Below are positions 50,936 to 63,694 of a stretch of DNA of 64,000 nt, one piece after another (within the stretch, counting starts at the first letter, position 1; each line of letters starts with the position of its first letter). Origin of the DNA: Neoechinorhynchus agilis (taxonomy: Eukaryota > Animalia > Acanthocephala); contig CM121343.1 in assembly GCA_051530055.1 (NCBI GenBank), forward strand, positions 4,930,389 to 4,994,388, in the 5' to 3' direction. Both the position numbers and the translations under genes were made by a program. Below the pieces are notes generated by a model. It worked only from the letters and a program-made list of their open reading frames with translations, had not been told where the DNA came from and ran no database searches.

Positions 50936-52434
50936 CGTACTGGGAGTCGCGTAGGAGCGAGCTCTTTAGTTTTTCAAAGACAATTAACTCACGACCATCG
51001 GCGCGAGTCCGCTGCAGCATCTAACCTGTCCGCCTTCTCTTTGTCCAAAGCGACCGAGGAAGGTGCCAAGGTACCTGAGAACGCTGAAGATGTGGTCCAC
51101 GAGTCATCTACTAATGTCGCTGAGTATCCAAATGTGGTTGAATCGAAGCTTCGATTTAATATAATAAGAAAAATAGGTTTGTATTCGAACAATTCGATTG
51201 CGTGTTCAAACCGCTTTCGTCTTCTAGGTGATGGTATGCTAGGTCAAGTTTTTTTACTTAGGCAGTTTGAGCAGAAGACGCCGTTAATGGCTCTTAAGGT
51301 GATGAACAAACAAACAATCTTGACACAACAACAATTTGAGCATGTTTTGAACGAGAAAAAAATTCTCAGTGAAGTTAAGAACCCGTTTATTGTTAATTTG
51401 TAAGCTACAAAACATTGCGGCTGTCATCGGTAGTAGTAATATCTGATTAGCTATCAAACTCGAAAAGACGCTCTGCATTTGTATATATTTCTAGAGTATG
51501 TTGAAGGAGGAGAACTGTACAGATATATAAAAGCTTTCAAGAAGTTCAGTGCCGATGTTACTCGCTTTTATGTCGTCGAAGTGATTTGTGCTATCGTGTA
51601 TCTGCATTCAAAACATATTATATACCGGTACAAGAATGTCTTTAAACCACTGATATATTCCGCATCTAGAGATCTTAAACCCGAAAACGTCATTCTCGAT
51701 TTAGAAGGCCATCTAAAACTCATTGATTTCGGATTCGCCAAATATGTTACTCATAGGTAATTCATGAATATACGGCCGGTGTGCAAAAAAATTCTTTTAA
51801 GTACGTGGACTCTGTGTGGAACACTTAAATATCTCGCGCCGGAAATCATCTGTAAGCGAGCGTATACAAAAGCTGTCGATTGGTGGACACTTGGAATTAT
51901 GACCTTTGAAATGATGACGGGCAATCCACCCTTTAACGATCAATCAGTGGAAGATGTTTCTAATCAAATTCTTCATGGAACAGTTCAGTACCCGGTAGAT
52001 ATTGATGGAGATGCCAAAGAATTCGTGAGACGATTATTGGTTCGTGAGCCACACCGTCGAATGGGATCGTCTAGAAATGGATCAGCTGAAGTAAAGCGTC
52101 ACCAGTGGTTTCGCTCACTTTCATGGTCAAATATCGAGGCTAAGAAAGTCGACGTAGGGACGGATTTTGCCAATCCACTATTAACTTCTCTCTTTAGCCT
52201 CCTATAGTTCCCGCGGTTTTACTCGGGGATCATCGTCATTGTCACACCGACTCGGACGATGCTGTTCCCGTGAACGACGAATGGATTCCGGGATTTCAGT
52301 GGGATGGTACGAATTTTGTGCCTATCGAAAAAGCGGGAAATAAGAGCAATGATGGATCTGCGGATTTGTTAGTTATGAGCCCGGAGTCTAGTATAACGCA
52401 AAATGTTGGAAAAGATCCCTTTGAAGATTTTTAG
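50936..52434 (+). CDS. PRKX: cAMP-dependent kinase catalytic subunit, PRKX/PKA-C3 type; 5' exons uncertain
   Basis: MALKVM, EHVLNEKKIL..NPFIVNL, LEYVEGGELY, IIYRDLKPEN, LIDFGFAK, TWTLCGT.YLAPE, KAVDWWTLG, RRMGSSRNGSAEVKRHQWF and terminal PFEDF*. Confidence 0.88.
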
Positions 52435-55115
52435 AAGGATGTGTACATTTTATGCAATTGTACGTACGAGTATTGTTTCCTTAAGTGTTGGTCAAAGAAA
52501 ATATCGATGGTGTGAAGTGTTACGGCGAGGCTGGTGATTGAATGGTTCACCTTTGCAGAACCACACAATCAACTACCTCACCTCTGGATGCAGATTGAAG
52601 AGGATTCCAACAGCCCGTAGCATCTAGCTTGAGTTGCTTTACGGCTCTTGTGGAGAGGGTCCAACTCAATGTTAGATCTACGGGTTATTGTCGAACCTCT
52701 TCGAGACTCCCGAAGAGTTTGCAGCGTTCTCGCGGACGGGAGAGAGATCGGCGAACGGGGAAGACTTGGTCCGAGGGGTGAGTGAAGACGCCTTTCCTAT
52801 ATAGTCGTTCTGGTTGCAGACAGCAAGACCGGAATGTCATCAGGTTATGTAACCACTGCCACACATTCGCGTTCTATTCTCGCATTTATGGGGTCACTGA
52901 CAGGAGCACTGACTTACATCATTCGTGTCAAAGAGACACTTGTGAGGTGCTATTGGTGGAAGATTTAGATCGTCTAGACGCGAAGAAATTGAAGTAGTAT
53001 GCGTCCGGGAATCAATAAATTCGTTTGTCTAGACAATTGGGAATGGGACATTGTCTTTTATATAATACTGCGAATGCTATCCGTTTCATGAAAGCATAAT
53101 CCGGATCGCGGTAATAGATATCCTCACAAGCGCAAGCAAACAGAGAGCTATTGGTGGGTTCGAGGATATCATGAGCAACCGTTGCACGGGCTCGTTTCTG
53201 AAGTCGCTTGAGAAAAATGCTCTTTTGTACTAGACAGGTCACAAAACTTTGTGACTTTTGACCTAAGACCAATCCATTATGTCTTTATGCGAGATATAAA
53301 TGTTAGAACGTTTCTAACCCAAAAAAAAGATCATGTCTCTTCTCTGTGCTTTGTCAAGGTCATTTCCCTTTACGAATTATGCAGCAATATGAGAGCAGCA
53401 GCAGCTAATGCACACTGCACATAAAAAAAATCCCGGATAAAAGATAGCAGCAAACAAAAGCATTTATCTGCTAGCACCCTCCTTCCACAAGCACATACAT
53501 ACACAACCTGGTCCTGTAATTATATCAGCAAAAGCTGCATCCGATTTGCGACAGCTACTCGAGATATGTCACCAGCCTCTAGGACAGAGCAAACGTCAAA
53601 TAGAGATCATTTGTAGTCTTATTTAAGTATCCATCCAAACATCTTCAGTCGCTTACTGACCGCTTTCATCTCTATTGGATTTAGCGGAATTAATTTCGAA
53701 AAAAAGATCAATAAATTTATTAATCACCGGGCGGAATTCGCCACTATATGGATTTGAAAAATAAAAACTCTTACACAAAAGTACAATCTAAACGACTATT
53801 TAACACATTCAAACTAACCATTCTCAACTCCATGAATACTATGAAGTCTTATGCTCACGAATAAAATTTATCGGTTATTTAAAGGCATAAATGCTTATTT
53901 TCCATTGAAAATCCATACTTTGATCAAGCCTAGTATACTTTTAAGGTTTATGAAAAAGGTTGCAAATATATTTATTTTACTGACAGTGTATTGCCGTATT
54001 ATTCAGTAGATCCGATAACCCTGTCACGGTACATTTTTATTCTCTTTATAACGAGAATGCGCCCAATTATGCAAGAGAAATTATTTAGCATTTGATGTAT
54101 CCACAATGCCGGAAATCATTGCTGATTTTAGTAACTTATATGATCTCAAAATTGCTCTTTGTTTGCGCGCAGTCAATAAAGACTCGAAAAATTAAGAAAA
54201 TTTCTACGACAATAATATTTCAGTACTCATTCAAGTAAATGGTATTGGAAATATGCATATATAAACATACAATTTTTTTAAAGAATAAATTATCAACTTA
54301 GAAATATAAATGGTACAAGATATCAGTTCAAATGTGGGCGCAAATATTTTTAAGATATCGCTAAAAAATTAAGTTGATGAACCCACGAATTATCTTGTAC
54401 TGCCTTCAACATTCACTGATAAGTCAACCAAACTTCATGGATTCCTGAGTTTGGCAATGCAGAATTAGTACCATAGTTGCAAATATTAATTGATTCATTG
54501 ATTTGCAGGTGATTTTTTTTGGCCCGCTACATATACGCCCATCTACGTATCGACGTTGTGAATGCTAGTTTTTCAAGTTAAATTTTGTTTTAAAAATGCT
54601 ACTGTATATTTGGATCTTAAAACTGGGTGTTTATTTAATATTAAAAAGATGTCAAACTGTAAAAACTTTGTTTTATATTTTTGCTAATAAACAATGATTT
54701 AAAATTTTATTATTTTTTTAGCCCAAGCATGGAGTTTGCAACAAATAAAATTTAGAAGCTAGAGAAATGACTTCAAAAATCTCCGAATTCTATTGGCTTC
54801 TGACATTTATAAAAATTGTGATACTCATAAAAGTTTTTGAAAAGCCTTAGATAAACTTTAACCTTCTTAAAAATTTAAAATGCTGAGTAATATGACATTG
54901 AAAGTTTTGATAAGAATTATTTTGACTTGCGCTGTAAAGCTACATAATTGGAAGTTGGTATTTGCTACATTAATTGATAAGAAAACGAATTTGGAATATC
55001 GAGTATATCATAAAGCTCTTATACTGAGCGATATATAGTTTAGTATTGGTCCTTGTATAAATAAATCATAATATTTACTCTCTTAAACCCATCATAGAAC
55101 GCCCTTATCCAGAGA

Positions 55116-56411
55116 ATGATTTCAGACGATGATAACTGTGGAATAGTAATTACAGACAATCATATCGAGTTGGGACCGTATATTAGGTCGAAAGCGAATT
55201 CGGGATGTCTGCCAAGAAGAGGAATGACAGTGGTGCACTTTGATGCAAGTCCAGATTTGGACTCTCCAATGAACTTTTTGGTTGACTCTTCTGGAAATGT
55301 CTTAAATTCGACAGTCGATCATCGAGAATGCTGGCTTCTGCCTCTGATCTATCAAGGTTATATTTGCAAACTTGTATGGTTCAAACCACCATGGTCAGCT
55401 CATTTACTTGACGGAATTTATGAATTTTTGGTGGGAGCATGCAAAGAAACCCGACGCATAAAGTGCTCTTGCAAGGACAACTATTTTGTTTTTAGAGAGA
55501 TCTTTTGTCCAGCAGCTCAACTCATTAACCCGAGACCATTGCGTCTAATTGTTGCAACCGTCGGAATTCCTGGAAATTATGCATTTCTGCATCACATGAT
55601 CCATCAATCCTTCACGGACGACCAGGTTCTGAAATACCCGTACCCCACGGAGGAGTGTGACTTGCGTTGCTTAGTAAATTGCAAGAAACCTTGCAAAGAA
55701 GATTTTAAAGTAATTAGCCATACTCGTCTTTGGGAGTACAAATATTATTTTATCTTTAGACGAGATTAGCTTTCGATCAAAGATATGGACATGGACTTTG
55801 ATGATGAGGCAAATGGCGACTCACGTATCTTGTACAAAATGTCGAAGAGCCCGCACTGGATTTTAGACTTGGATCTAACCTTCTTTGCTGTTCTTGACAA
55901 ATTCAAAGATCTGCTTAAGAGTCCTAGTGCTGACTATCGAATTTTCAAATCCGTTTACGCTCCTAAAATGAAAAATCTGGACGAAAATTCTGTATTGAAT
56001 GAAATGAGCATTCGGGAAAATAATATGGATGCTTTGGAAATGTATAGTGAGGAACTGTTAGATGGAGATGCACCTACTGGGTCAAAGATAGCAGATCTTG
56101 CCAAGATGATCGTGACCCATAAAATGGACTTTAATACCGTCCACTGGAGTGGTCGGCGTTTGATTGGAATATGCGAACCGCATCATCGATCGACCAAATT
56201 TGAGATTGAATATCTAGCTGCTTGTTTCGCTGATCTAGTCATGGGACTTAAAACGAACCCCATAATGATAAGCCTGTCAAAATCACAAGATCACTTTCCG
56301 ATTGAGTGCAGTGCAAGCGTAGTTAGACTTGTTAGTCGTTGCTTCAATGATTTGTATAGCGATTACAGGCCGTATTGTATGACAAATACGATGTTCACAG
56401 CCAATCATTAA
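55116..56411 (+). CDS. C5orf22: UPF0489 / C5orf22 homolog (2 exons; intron about 55711-55769)
   Basis: VITDNHIELGPYI..LP..VHFDASPDL, ECWLLPLIYQG..VWFKPPWSAHLLDG..FLVG, WILDLDLTFF and CEPHH parallel C5orf22. Confidence 0.85.
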
Positions 56412-57282
56412 GAAGACGAAATTGAATTACAATAAAATGAATACTAACAATGGCTCTTTGTTTTCATTTTTGATTTTTAAATGAACCCCACAAAGTTCAT
56501 AAAGTTAGTAAGCAAGTGTACTTTGTCGCCGTTGTCAGTCATCACCATTAAAATATTTATTAAGACATGAGTATTGTACTCAAATGGTACGAAATCGATC
56601 TTTAAAAACGCAAAAACCGGATCTGTTGAAATATCGATAGTAAGCTTTAAATCACTTCGACTTAAAGCAATACAACTTGCTAAAAGTCGTACATTTTTAA
56701 AAGGAACTATGAACTGTCATCCTCTGAATACCATGAAAACAGTAAATCCACAACTATTGCAGGTCGTCGTGTCGTGATTTGAGTATTGGTCGTTGAAATG
56801 TAGACTGCATAACATCCAAAGCAATGTATTTTAAATTGCAATTTAATTTGCTGCCAAGTCAATACACGTGTTAGGATATTATATCTCCGGTTTTATAGAG
56901 AAAATTAATGGCTATACAGAAAAGTAATTTTTTAAACACGGATAAAGAACCTCAAATGTGATCTTAAGGAAAAGCTTTATGGTGTGCCCTAACCTCGCGT
57001 GTCGCATCAGTTATGCGACATTAAAGATTTAAAATAGATGTGAAACAATTACTGGACACGAAGTGATCTCATTTTCTCATGCCAGGCCAAGTCTCATAAA
57101 TCTACATGTTGGCTCTGTAGTTCCGTATAAGATCGGTCAGCAGCTTAAGTCCTTTAAAATTAGCGAGATTAGGAAAAGTTCTTCATGTGAACCTATGCAG
57201 GGATCATAGTTTTCTTTGATTTTGACACATTACAATGATGCCTAAAGCTTAATTATCCGGCTTTTCTGGGGTGGGGTGCTAA

Positions 57283-57700
57283 TTGAATGTTTTTAACTCT
57301 CGTCTCTCACCGCCCTGTAGATCACTCAATGAACACCCCACCAAAGGAATCGGGATAATTAAGAATTTCAACAGTCAACCTATTGCAATAACTGCTTTTG
57401 TGAAACATCCGAATGTGTCGATGATGACCTGTAGCCTGTTCCAGCCGACGGAATATCCCGTCGATAAAGGGGACAAAATATATCCCGGAGAATGTTTCAA
57501 GCTCAAGACGTCCCTATATGGACAGTAGATAAATGAGTGTGGCAAGAGAGGTGATGAATTAAAAACACTCGATATCTAAAGCTCTTTGATTTGGAAATCG
57601 GGACTCACATTGAACTTGGGTGTATAAAGGAGTTGCAATAGATCGTGATGGACAAATCGTATTGTCAGATGTGGAATAGTGGAAATTTTATTGCATCTGA
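57283..57700 (+). mobile_element. Possible Ty1/copia RT remnant
   Basis: ECFKLKTSLYGQ resembles VCKLKKSLYGL. Downstream sequence is too decayed to confirm. Confidence 0.25.
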
Positions 57701-57884
57701 AGCCTACATGAAATCAAATTCGCTCCATATGCAATGCCCATTAATTTCCGATCAGACGAGCAAATACGCTGAAATTTGCATTGTTTTGGCAACTTGTTTT
57801 CAGTGTTTAAATTATCTTTCCAGGTAAACTCTTGCATACCTCTCTTCTACATGGCTGCTTGTCTATGTTCATTTTAAGTTTGAT

Positions 57885-58181
57885 TCAGTTCATAACAATG
57901 CATTCAGGAATTCCGATTGATGTTGATTGTGAACGAGTCGTGCTCGGTTGAGGTTCGTAATTGTTTCCACATTTTTTGCACTTGTTGATCCACTCAACAA
58001 CCAATCTATCCCAAATAAGGTGTTTGATGCCATAAGCACTGATGACCAATAGAAGAGCGATCAGGCAGAGTAAGGTAACATAAAAGTAAAACGCTCGATG
58101 AGGTGGATACGCTGTTGTTAAATATCCGACCGAAGACTGCTCGGAAACATCGTAAGTATTAGGTTGTTTTTGATTAAACAT
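57885..58181 (-). CDS. Small single-pass membrane protein (or last exon of one), unknown
   Basis: 98-aa ORF with one strongly hydrophobic segment (AFYFYVTLLCLIALLLVISAYGI). Confidence 0.45.
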   Translation of the reverse strand: MFNQKQPNTYDVSEQSSVGYLTTAYPPHRAFYFYVTLLCLIALLLVISAYGIKHLIWDRLVVEWINKCKKCGNNYEPQPSTTRSQSTSIGIPECIVMN

Positions 58182-59504
58182 TCAAAAAAAAGAAGGTTTT
58201 TGTGTGCGGATTGCTGCCTGATTTTAAAATAGCTTTTGATTGGTTTTGTCTCATATACGGTATCTGCTGTGAGATATATATACTAAAGATTATAAGAGTG
58301 TAGGAGTGGATTCACTGGTTCCACAAGTTTGCATGATAAGAGCGTGAAGTTGAATAATTCAGCAGTTTTTAAAGCAGTCTCTTATAACTAATTTTTTCGG
58401 TTCGAAATGTAAATTAGATAGAGCAAAGAAGGGAATGAGGTAAGGATGTGAGTCCCCATTAAATCAAGCGCAAAAGAAGAAAATGTTTGGATGCATTATC
58501 AACGAAGGGAAGGACGAATAATGGGCAGCGTAAGGCATACCCGACTTAGCGTATAATGCAAATTGATGAACTTGGATGAGAGGAATGATTTCATGCGAAG
58601 TTACTTTTAAATGAAGACAGTAGTAAAAGAATGAAACTCTTTATAGTTTCTTCTTGTAAGATCAACCTTTCATGTTCGAACAAATCGTATGGCTTTTCTA
58701 AATGGATACATTTTCCATTTAGGTGAGAAACAATTCACTTATTTCTCCCTTAAAGGTCAGCCACTGAAACAAAATTCAATTAGCACTCTTGTCAGTAGCA
58801 TTGCTGATAGAAATCTCAGCAGATGTTCTCTCATATAAAGCATTTAACTTAAATTTTCTTTCACAATACATCATGTCATGTAAAGACAAACTCAATTGTT
58901 GATCCCCTGGAAATACATAATTTACTCAACGTTTGACTCCACTTATCATAATCGCACTTCGACAAAAAGCAATGCAAAAATAAGCATAAGAAACATCGAT
59001 ATTAAGCTTTGTACGTTAATCGCCACTATAAAATGTTTAAACAATGATATGTGGTGGTGACCTTAGGTGGAGGGTATCATGGTTCAATGAGAAAGTAAAA
59101 TTTTATTCAGATCTAATTACTAATAGAAACACATTCCATACTACTAATATTAAACCTAATCGATCTCTTCTAATTCCGTTTTTCGATACTTGCATACAAT
59201 AAGGAACGGTATTAGATTTATAATCAAATTATAATGCTTTGAAATATCCGCAAGCACAAGCATTCCAGAATTTCCTCTCCTTTAAGTAAAAAATGTATCC
59301 AAGTCGACGTCTCATGTGAAGATTTTTTTCCGTAAAAAACAATGATTTAACTTTTCTAGGTTTTACAACAATAAAGCACAAAACGTGCAATCACCACCGT
59401 CCGCAATATTCAAGCTCAATTGCCCATCACGATTTATCTCCAATTTACTTAATTCTTTGCCTATGCTAGTTGTAGGATTCCCTAATTGATTGTAAAATAA
59501 AAGA

Positions 59505-60590
59505 CAACAACAACTTTCTTCATACTTTTCCCTTCTCGGGGTTGCACAAAAACTAGCAGTCCTAGGACTTCACACACCCCTCCTGCCCCGTTTCTCTAAA
59601 ACGTCGGTCCTCAACCACACAATCTTTCCATAGTTTTCTCGGCCTTCCGCGTCTCCTGGACCCTTCGATTTCCATTTAGTCAACTTTTCGAATAAATCGA
59701 TTCGGCTCTTTTCACCATATCGCTCCATTTGATCCTCCGTTTTGCGATAGCTTCCTTTACGTCCTCCACCTTCAGCGAGCCCCGAACCGCATTATTTGTG
59801 ATCATTTCTTGCCTGGTCACCTCACACATCCATCTAATCATTTTCATTTCATCCTCGCCTGCATTCGCTTGATGTGATTGGCACCGTCCAATATATAACA
59901 TGGCTGGTCAGATTGCTATCTTGAAAACTCTACCTTTCAAGACCAGAGATACTTTGCTATCACACAAGATCTCAGTTAGACTTTCCACTTCATACATCCG
60001 CTATTTATTCTCAATGAAATCTCGGCGGTGATATCGTTTTGCATCGACACTATAGAGAGCCGAGATACTTGAATTTGTCAAATTTCTGCAGCGCTGTCTC
60101 TTGAAGGAAACTGCTTTCCGTTCTCACATAGACTGGTTTCTCCACCGGGAAATTTTTTAGACCTTGACTTTCCAGAGCTTCCCTCCATTTCTCTAAGTCA
60201 TTGTTGAGATCCTGGGAATTATTGCTGGAGAGGACGATGTCGTCGGCGAAAAGCATGTTCCATGGCGGACCTCTACTGATCGGTTTGCTGATTTCATCCA
60301 TAGTGACTACAAACAAATAAGGGCTCAAAACTGAACCTTCATGCAATCTCACGTTCACCGAGAAGCTATTCGTATTACCAACTGGCGTCCTTATATTTAC
60401 TTTGCTCTGCCTGTACATGTAGTCTCGGGGTAGAGTTTTCTTCTAAGACAGTTCCATTACCAGTTTTCTAGAGACAGTGCCATTGGCTTTCTCGAGACCA
60501 ATGATCACACTGTGTATTTCCCTTCGCGTTTTTCATGGCATTTCTCATTTAACTGGCGTAACGCGAATACAGCTTCGGTACTACTTCTGC
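59505..60590 (-). mobile_element. 5'-truncated RTE-clade LINE
   Basis: VRLHEGSVLSPYLF..MD, WNMLFADDIVL, LEKWREALESQGLK, FKYLGS and EMKMIRWMCEVTRQEMITNNAVR are typical of RTE. Confidence 0.85.
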
Positions 60591-61066
60591 AGACGCTGCA
60601 AAGATACTTCCCGTATCTTATAAAAAGTAAATGGGTATTAATGAATAAAAAAATCAATTTTTAGAGAAAAATATGCAATACATTGAAACGGTTTCTGGTG
60701 ATTTCCCTGCATATTTGTTGTTTTCTATGATTGGAGAAGAAAAAACATCCAGCATTTTTATAACCTCGCATCCCTTCTACGCTTTGAGATGATATACTTA
60801 CGAATTTTTGAATGTAGATATTTTATTTGGCGATTAGAATAGTATACAATGTAGTAAATACGCTGTAAAGATACTTTCCTGTATCCCTTAACATTTGAGT
60901 GGTTATTATTGGAACAAAATAACTCAACAGAATTTTTCCAAACATGACAAAGAAAGTTACAATTGAATCTTACTTTTTTTCACGGAATTTTCGTGTTTTA
61001 CCGGGTTAAGTGATATTTTAAGCAAAAGGTGCATTCGTTTATTTCGAATCTAAGCATTATAGTCAA

Positions 61067-62906
61067 TCAAACGATTCGATATATTTGACAGGGTTGATCG
61101 CATTCAGTCACATATATATCAAACGAAAAAAGAATGCATAACAGCACTTTATCGGTCGTAGCATCTGTCAAAACCTTCATTGGTGTATATTGAACACAAA
61201 TTCATTTAAATGAACAAAAACATACCGTGATGGCGTTCAATTTGTCTAGAGCAGTTCGAGCAGTTTGGAAATTCTGCAGATCTACCAGTCGTTTCAAGAA
61301 CTCGACTAAAAATTCACAAAGTGGATACTGTGAAAATCCATATTCAAATGTTCCAATTGAGTCAGGTGAGCCATATACAGTCTAATGTTTCAGATGAAAA
61401 CAATTTTGATCTACGATTGTACTAACTTCTTGTTTCTCAATCATCTCTTCTCCGAATGAGTATATCCTGGTGGTCGCTGTTATGGAACGATAATTCAGAT
61501 TACTTCTATAACTTAATTTTATGACTGCTTAAAACGTAGCATGAGTTTCATTTGTGAACTTACTGAGCTGATAATCGATAGTTTTCCCGAGGTAGAAAAG
61601 AGTCAGTTGGTCTATAGCCGATGTTTATCTAAATACATGCGTCCATTTGACAACTCGCGAGAATGCAAGACTCACAAAGGTTCTAATATGATACGCGAGC
61701 ACATTCGCTTTGACGTGAGCATCGAAGAAAGCGGAAGGTTTCGGTGACTTTATCCATATATTCAGCCTCGATCGCTCCTAAGACTTGCTTCGATAATTTC
61801 AGAACTGAAATAGGAACATACCATGCATTCACCATTGTAGTAAAGTGGTAATATTTGAGCGAGGCAATGAGAATGTGTAACCTTGAACGTGAAGTATAGA
61901 GATCATCAATATAAACATTTTCAACTCACGGTATCTGTCGGTTTCCTAGTGCAAACTCCTGTGGAACAGGAATTTCGTATATAAGCATACATACTGACGA
62001 GGTGCAAATCATCTCCACCGATACAAAGACTGAATGTCCAATCGTAGAACGATGGAGTTACATCGCAGGGCATATACTCTTCGTTTACAGTACCATTTTG
62101 AATATGTGCATTGCCGTATTGATTTGTGCCGGCGTGATAAATTTCGCTGTTTTTATTAGTTAGCGTAGTCGTAGGAGGCTCATAAGTTTCAGACTTAGCG
62201 TACTTATTCAAAGTTGACCATTGTTGATCTTGTGACCTCTGTTGCAGTAATGTGTCGGAACAACAATTTTGGTCGAAAGTAGCCGAAGAACGTATTTGGT
62301 GATCTAGTGTTGAATGCGACCGCTGATCCACAATGCACTTGTTGGCGCCCAATGTTGACGGATCCAATGTTTCTTTATTATTGCCTAAAACCTGAGAGAC
62401 GCGTTTAACCGTTAGAATGATATCAAAACTTGGGCGACACATTGATTCCCTTGCCAAAAATGATTTTGTTGAATTTTAAAAGTAAACCTTTGCAGGAGTT
62501 TGGCACTCTTTTGCTTTCCTCTTGGCAAGAACTTGTATGTGACTTGAGACCTGCTTTCTGGTTCGAATCTTCCCCGTTTTATCCCTGATATACTTTGCAA
62601 TCAGCTCATTACGTCCATACATTTTTCCCTCTTCTGATAATATAATCTTTCGCCTTCCGCATGGCGGATATAACGCAAGAGCCTCCTAGATCAAAACGGC
62701 AGTGAATGGTTTCGGATTTAAATCCCATTTGCCTGGAAACATGCTTCGATATCAGCACTCCATACTCCTTCGGCATCATTCGCACTATCACTATCTCCAC
62801 TACTGGAGCTATTGCTGACTCTAGAAGTGATTGACGGAAATCGAGTACCGGCACCACCACCACCACTACTGGTGTAGCCATTGTTTCCACTTCCATTAGA
62901 CAGCAA
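61067..62906 (-). CDS. TEAD: TEAD/scalloped transcription factor (TEA domain plus divergent YAP-binding domain); first exon may lie upstream
   Basis: [16 protein letters not shown]|[52 protein letters not shown] exons [33 protein letters not shown] and [17 protein letters not shown]. Confidence 0.93.
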
Positions 62907-63694
62907 AACCGAGGCTGTGTTCTGAATTGAGAAAGGCCTGAAAAATAATTTTAGTTAAATATGTATCGTATAATGCTAGTTTGTAATTGTGCAGTGGGGC
63001 TAAACTCGTCGTTCTTAACACGGGACTAACAAATCAAAGGCAGAAACGGGTCTTTATCAACGCTGAATATTTAGGATGAGGCTATTGATAAAGAATATCA
63101 AAAAGTGAAAAAGGAGGATTAGTTTTAGGATAAGCCTTTTAAGCTTACAAAGTTCTTTTCGTACGTGCTCTGGTGTATAGCGCGTCCAAACTTACATGAG
63201 CAGTTTATACATGAATGTACCAGAAATATGCTTGGAATGGACAAACGAGAAATTCCTGGTGAGTACCAGCGGTGATGATCGGTATTCGTGGTTCTTACTT
63301 AGGAGTATGGAATGTATGTGTGGAATGTGGTAGCTGGTATGCTGTGCTTTTATACCAAATAATTATCATCTCCAATACATGCATACGGCGACGAAGGATT
63401 GGTGTGGTACGTGTACAACGGTATTGGTAGTGGCTCTAGTAATGGTGACAAATGGCTTAGGATGATAGAGAATAGACCAATAATCTTTCTTTGATCCATG
63501 GAGAAATAATACTAAAGTATTCACGTGGAATAATGGGCAATATTCGCGTGTTTGAGCGTTGAAGGGTGCAATAAATTGTATTGCCATCTAAGTAAAGAAA
63601 AACAACATTGTTGCTCTTCCAATGACAAATCATCCGTAATCAATCTCATGCAAATTAAGAAAGTTGTCAGTAAATTTACTCCGTATCAAGAGTA

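Noticed and set aside
57000-57020. 8-bp hairpin with a CAGTT loop, IRE-like
   Set aside because: The loop is not CAGUGN, there is no bulged C in register, and it is not in an evident UTR.
61229-61747. Plus-strand ORFs resembling a small mitochondrial gene
   Set aside because: They are antisense to clearly conserved TEAD YAP-binding-domain exons.
2319-62906. Functional cluster of Rho/actin/Hippo genes (anillin, SCAI, RIPOR, TEAD)
   Set aside because: They are interspersed with unrelated housekeeping genes, and there is no evidence of co-regulation or conserved synteny from the sequence alone.
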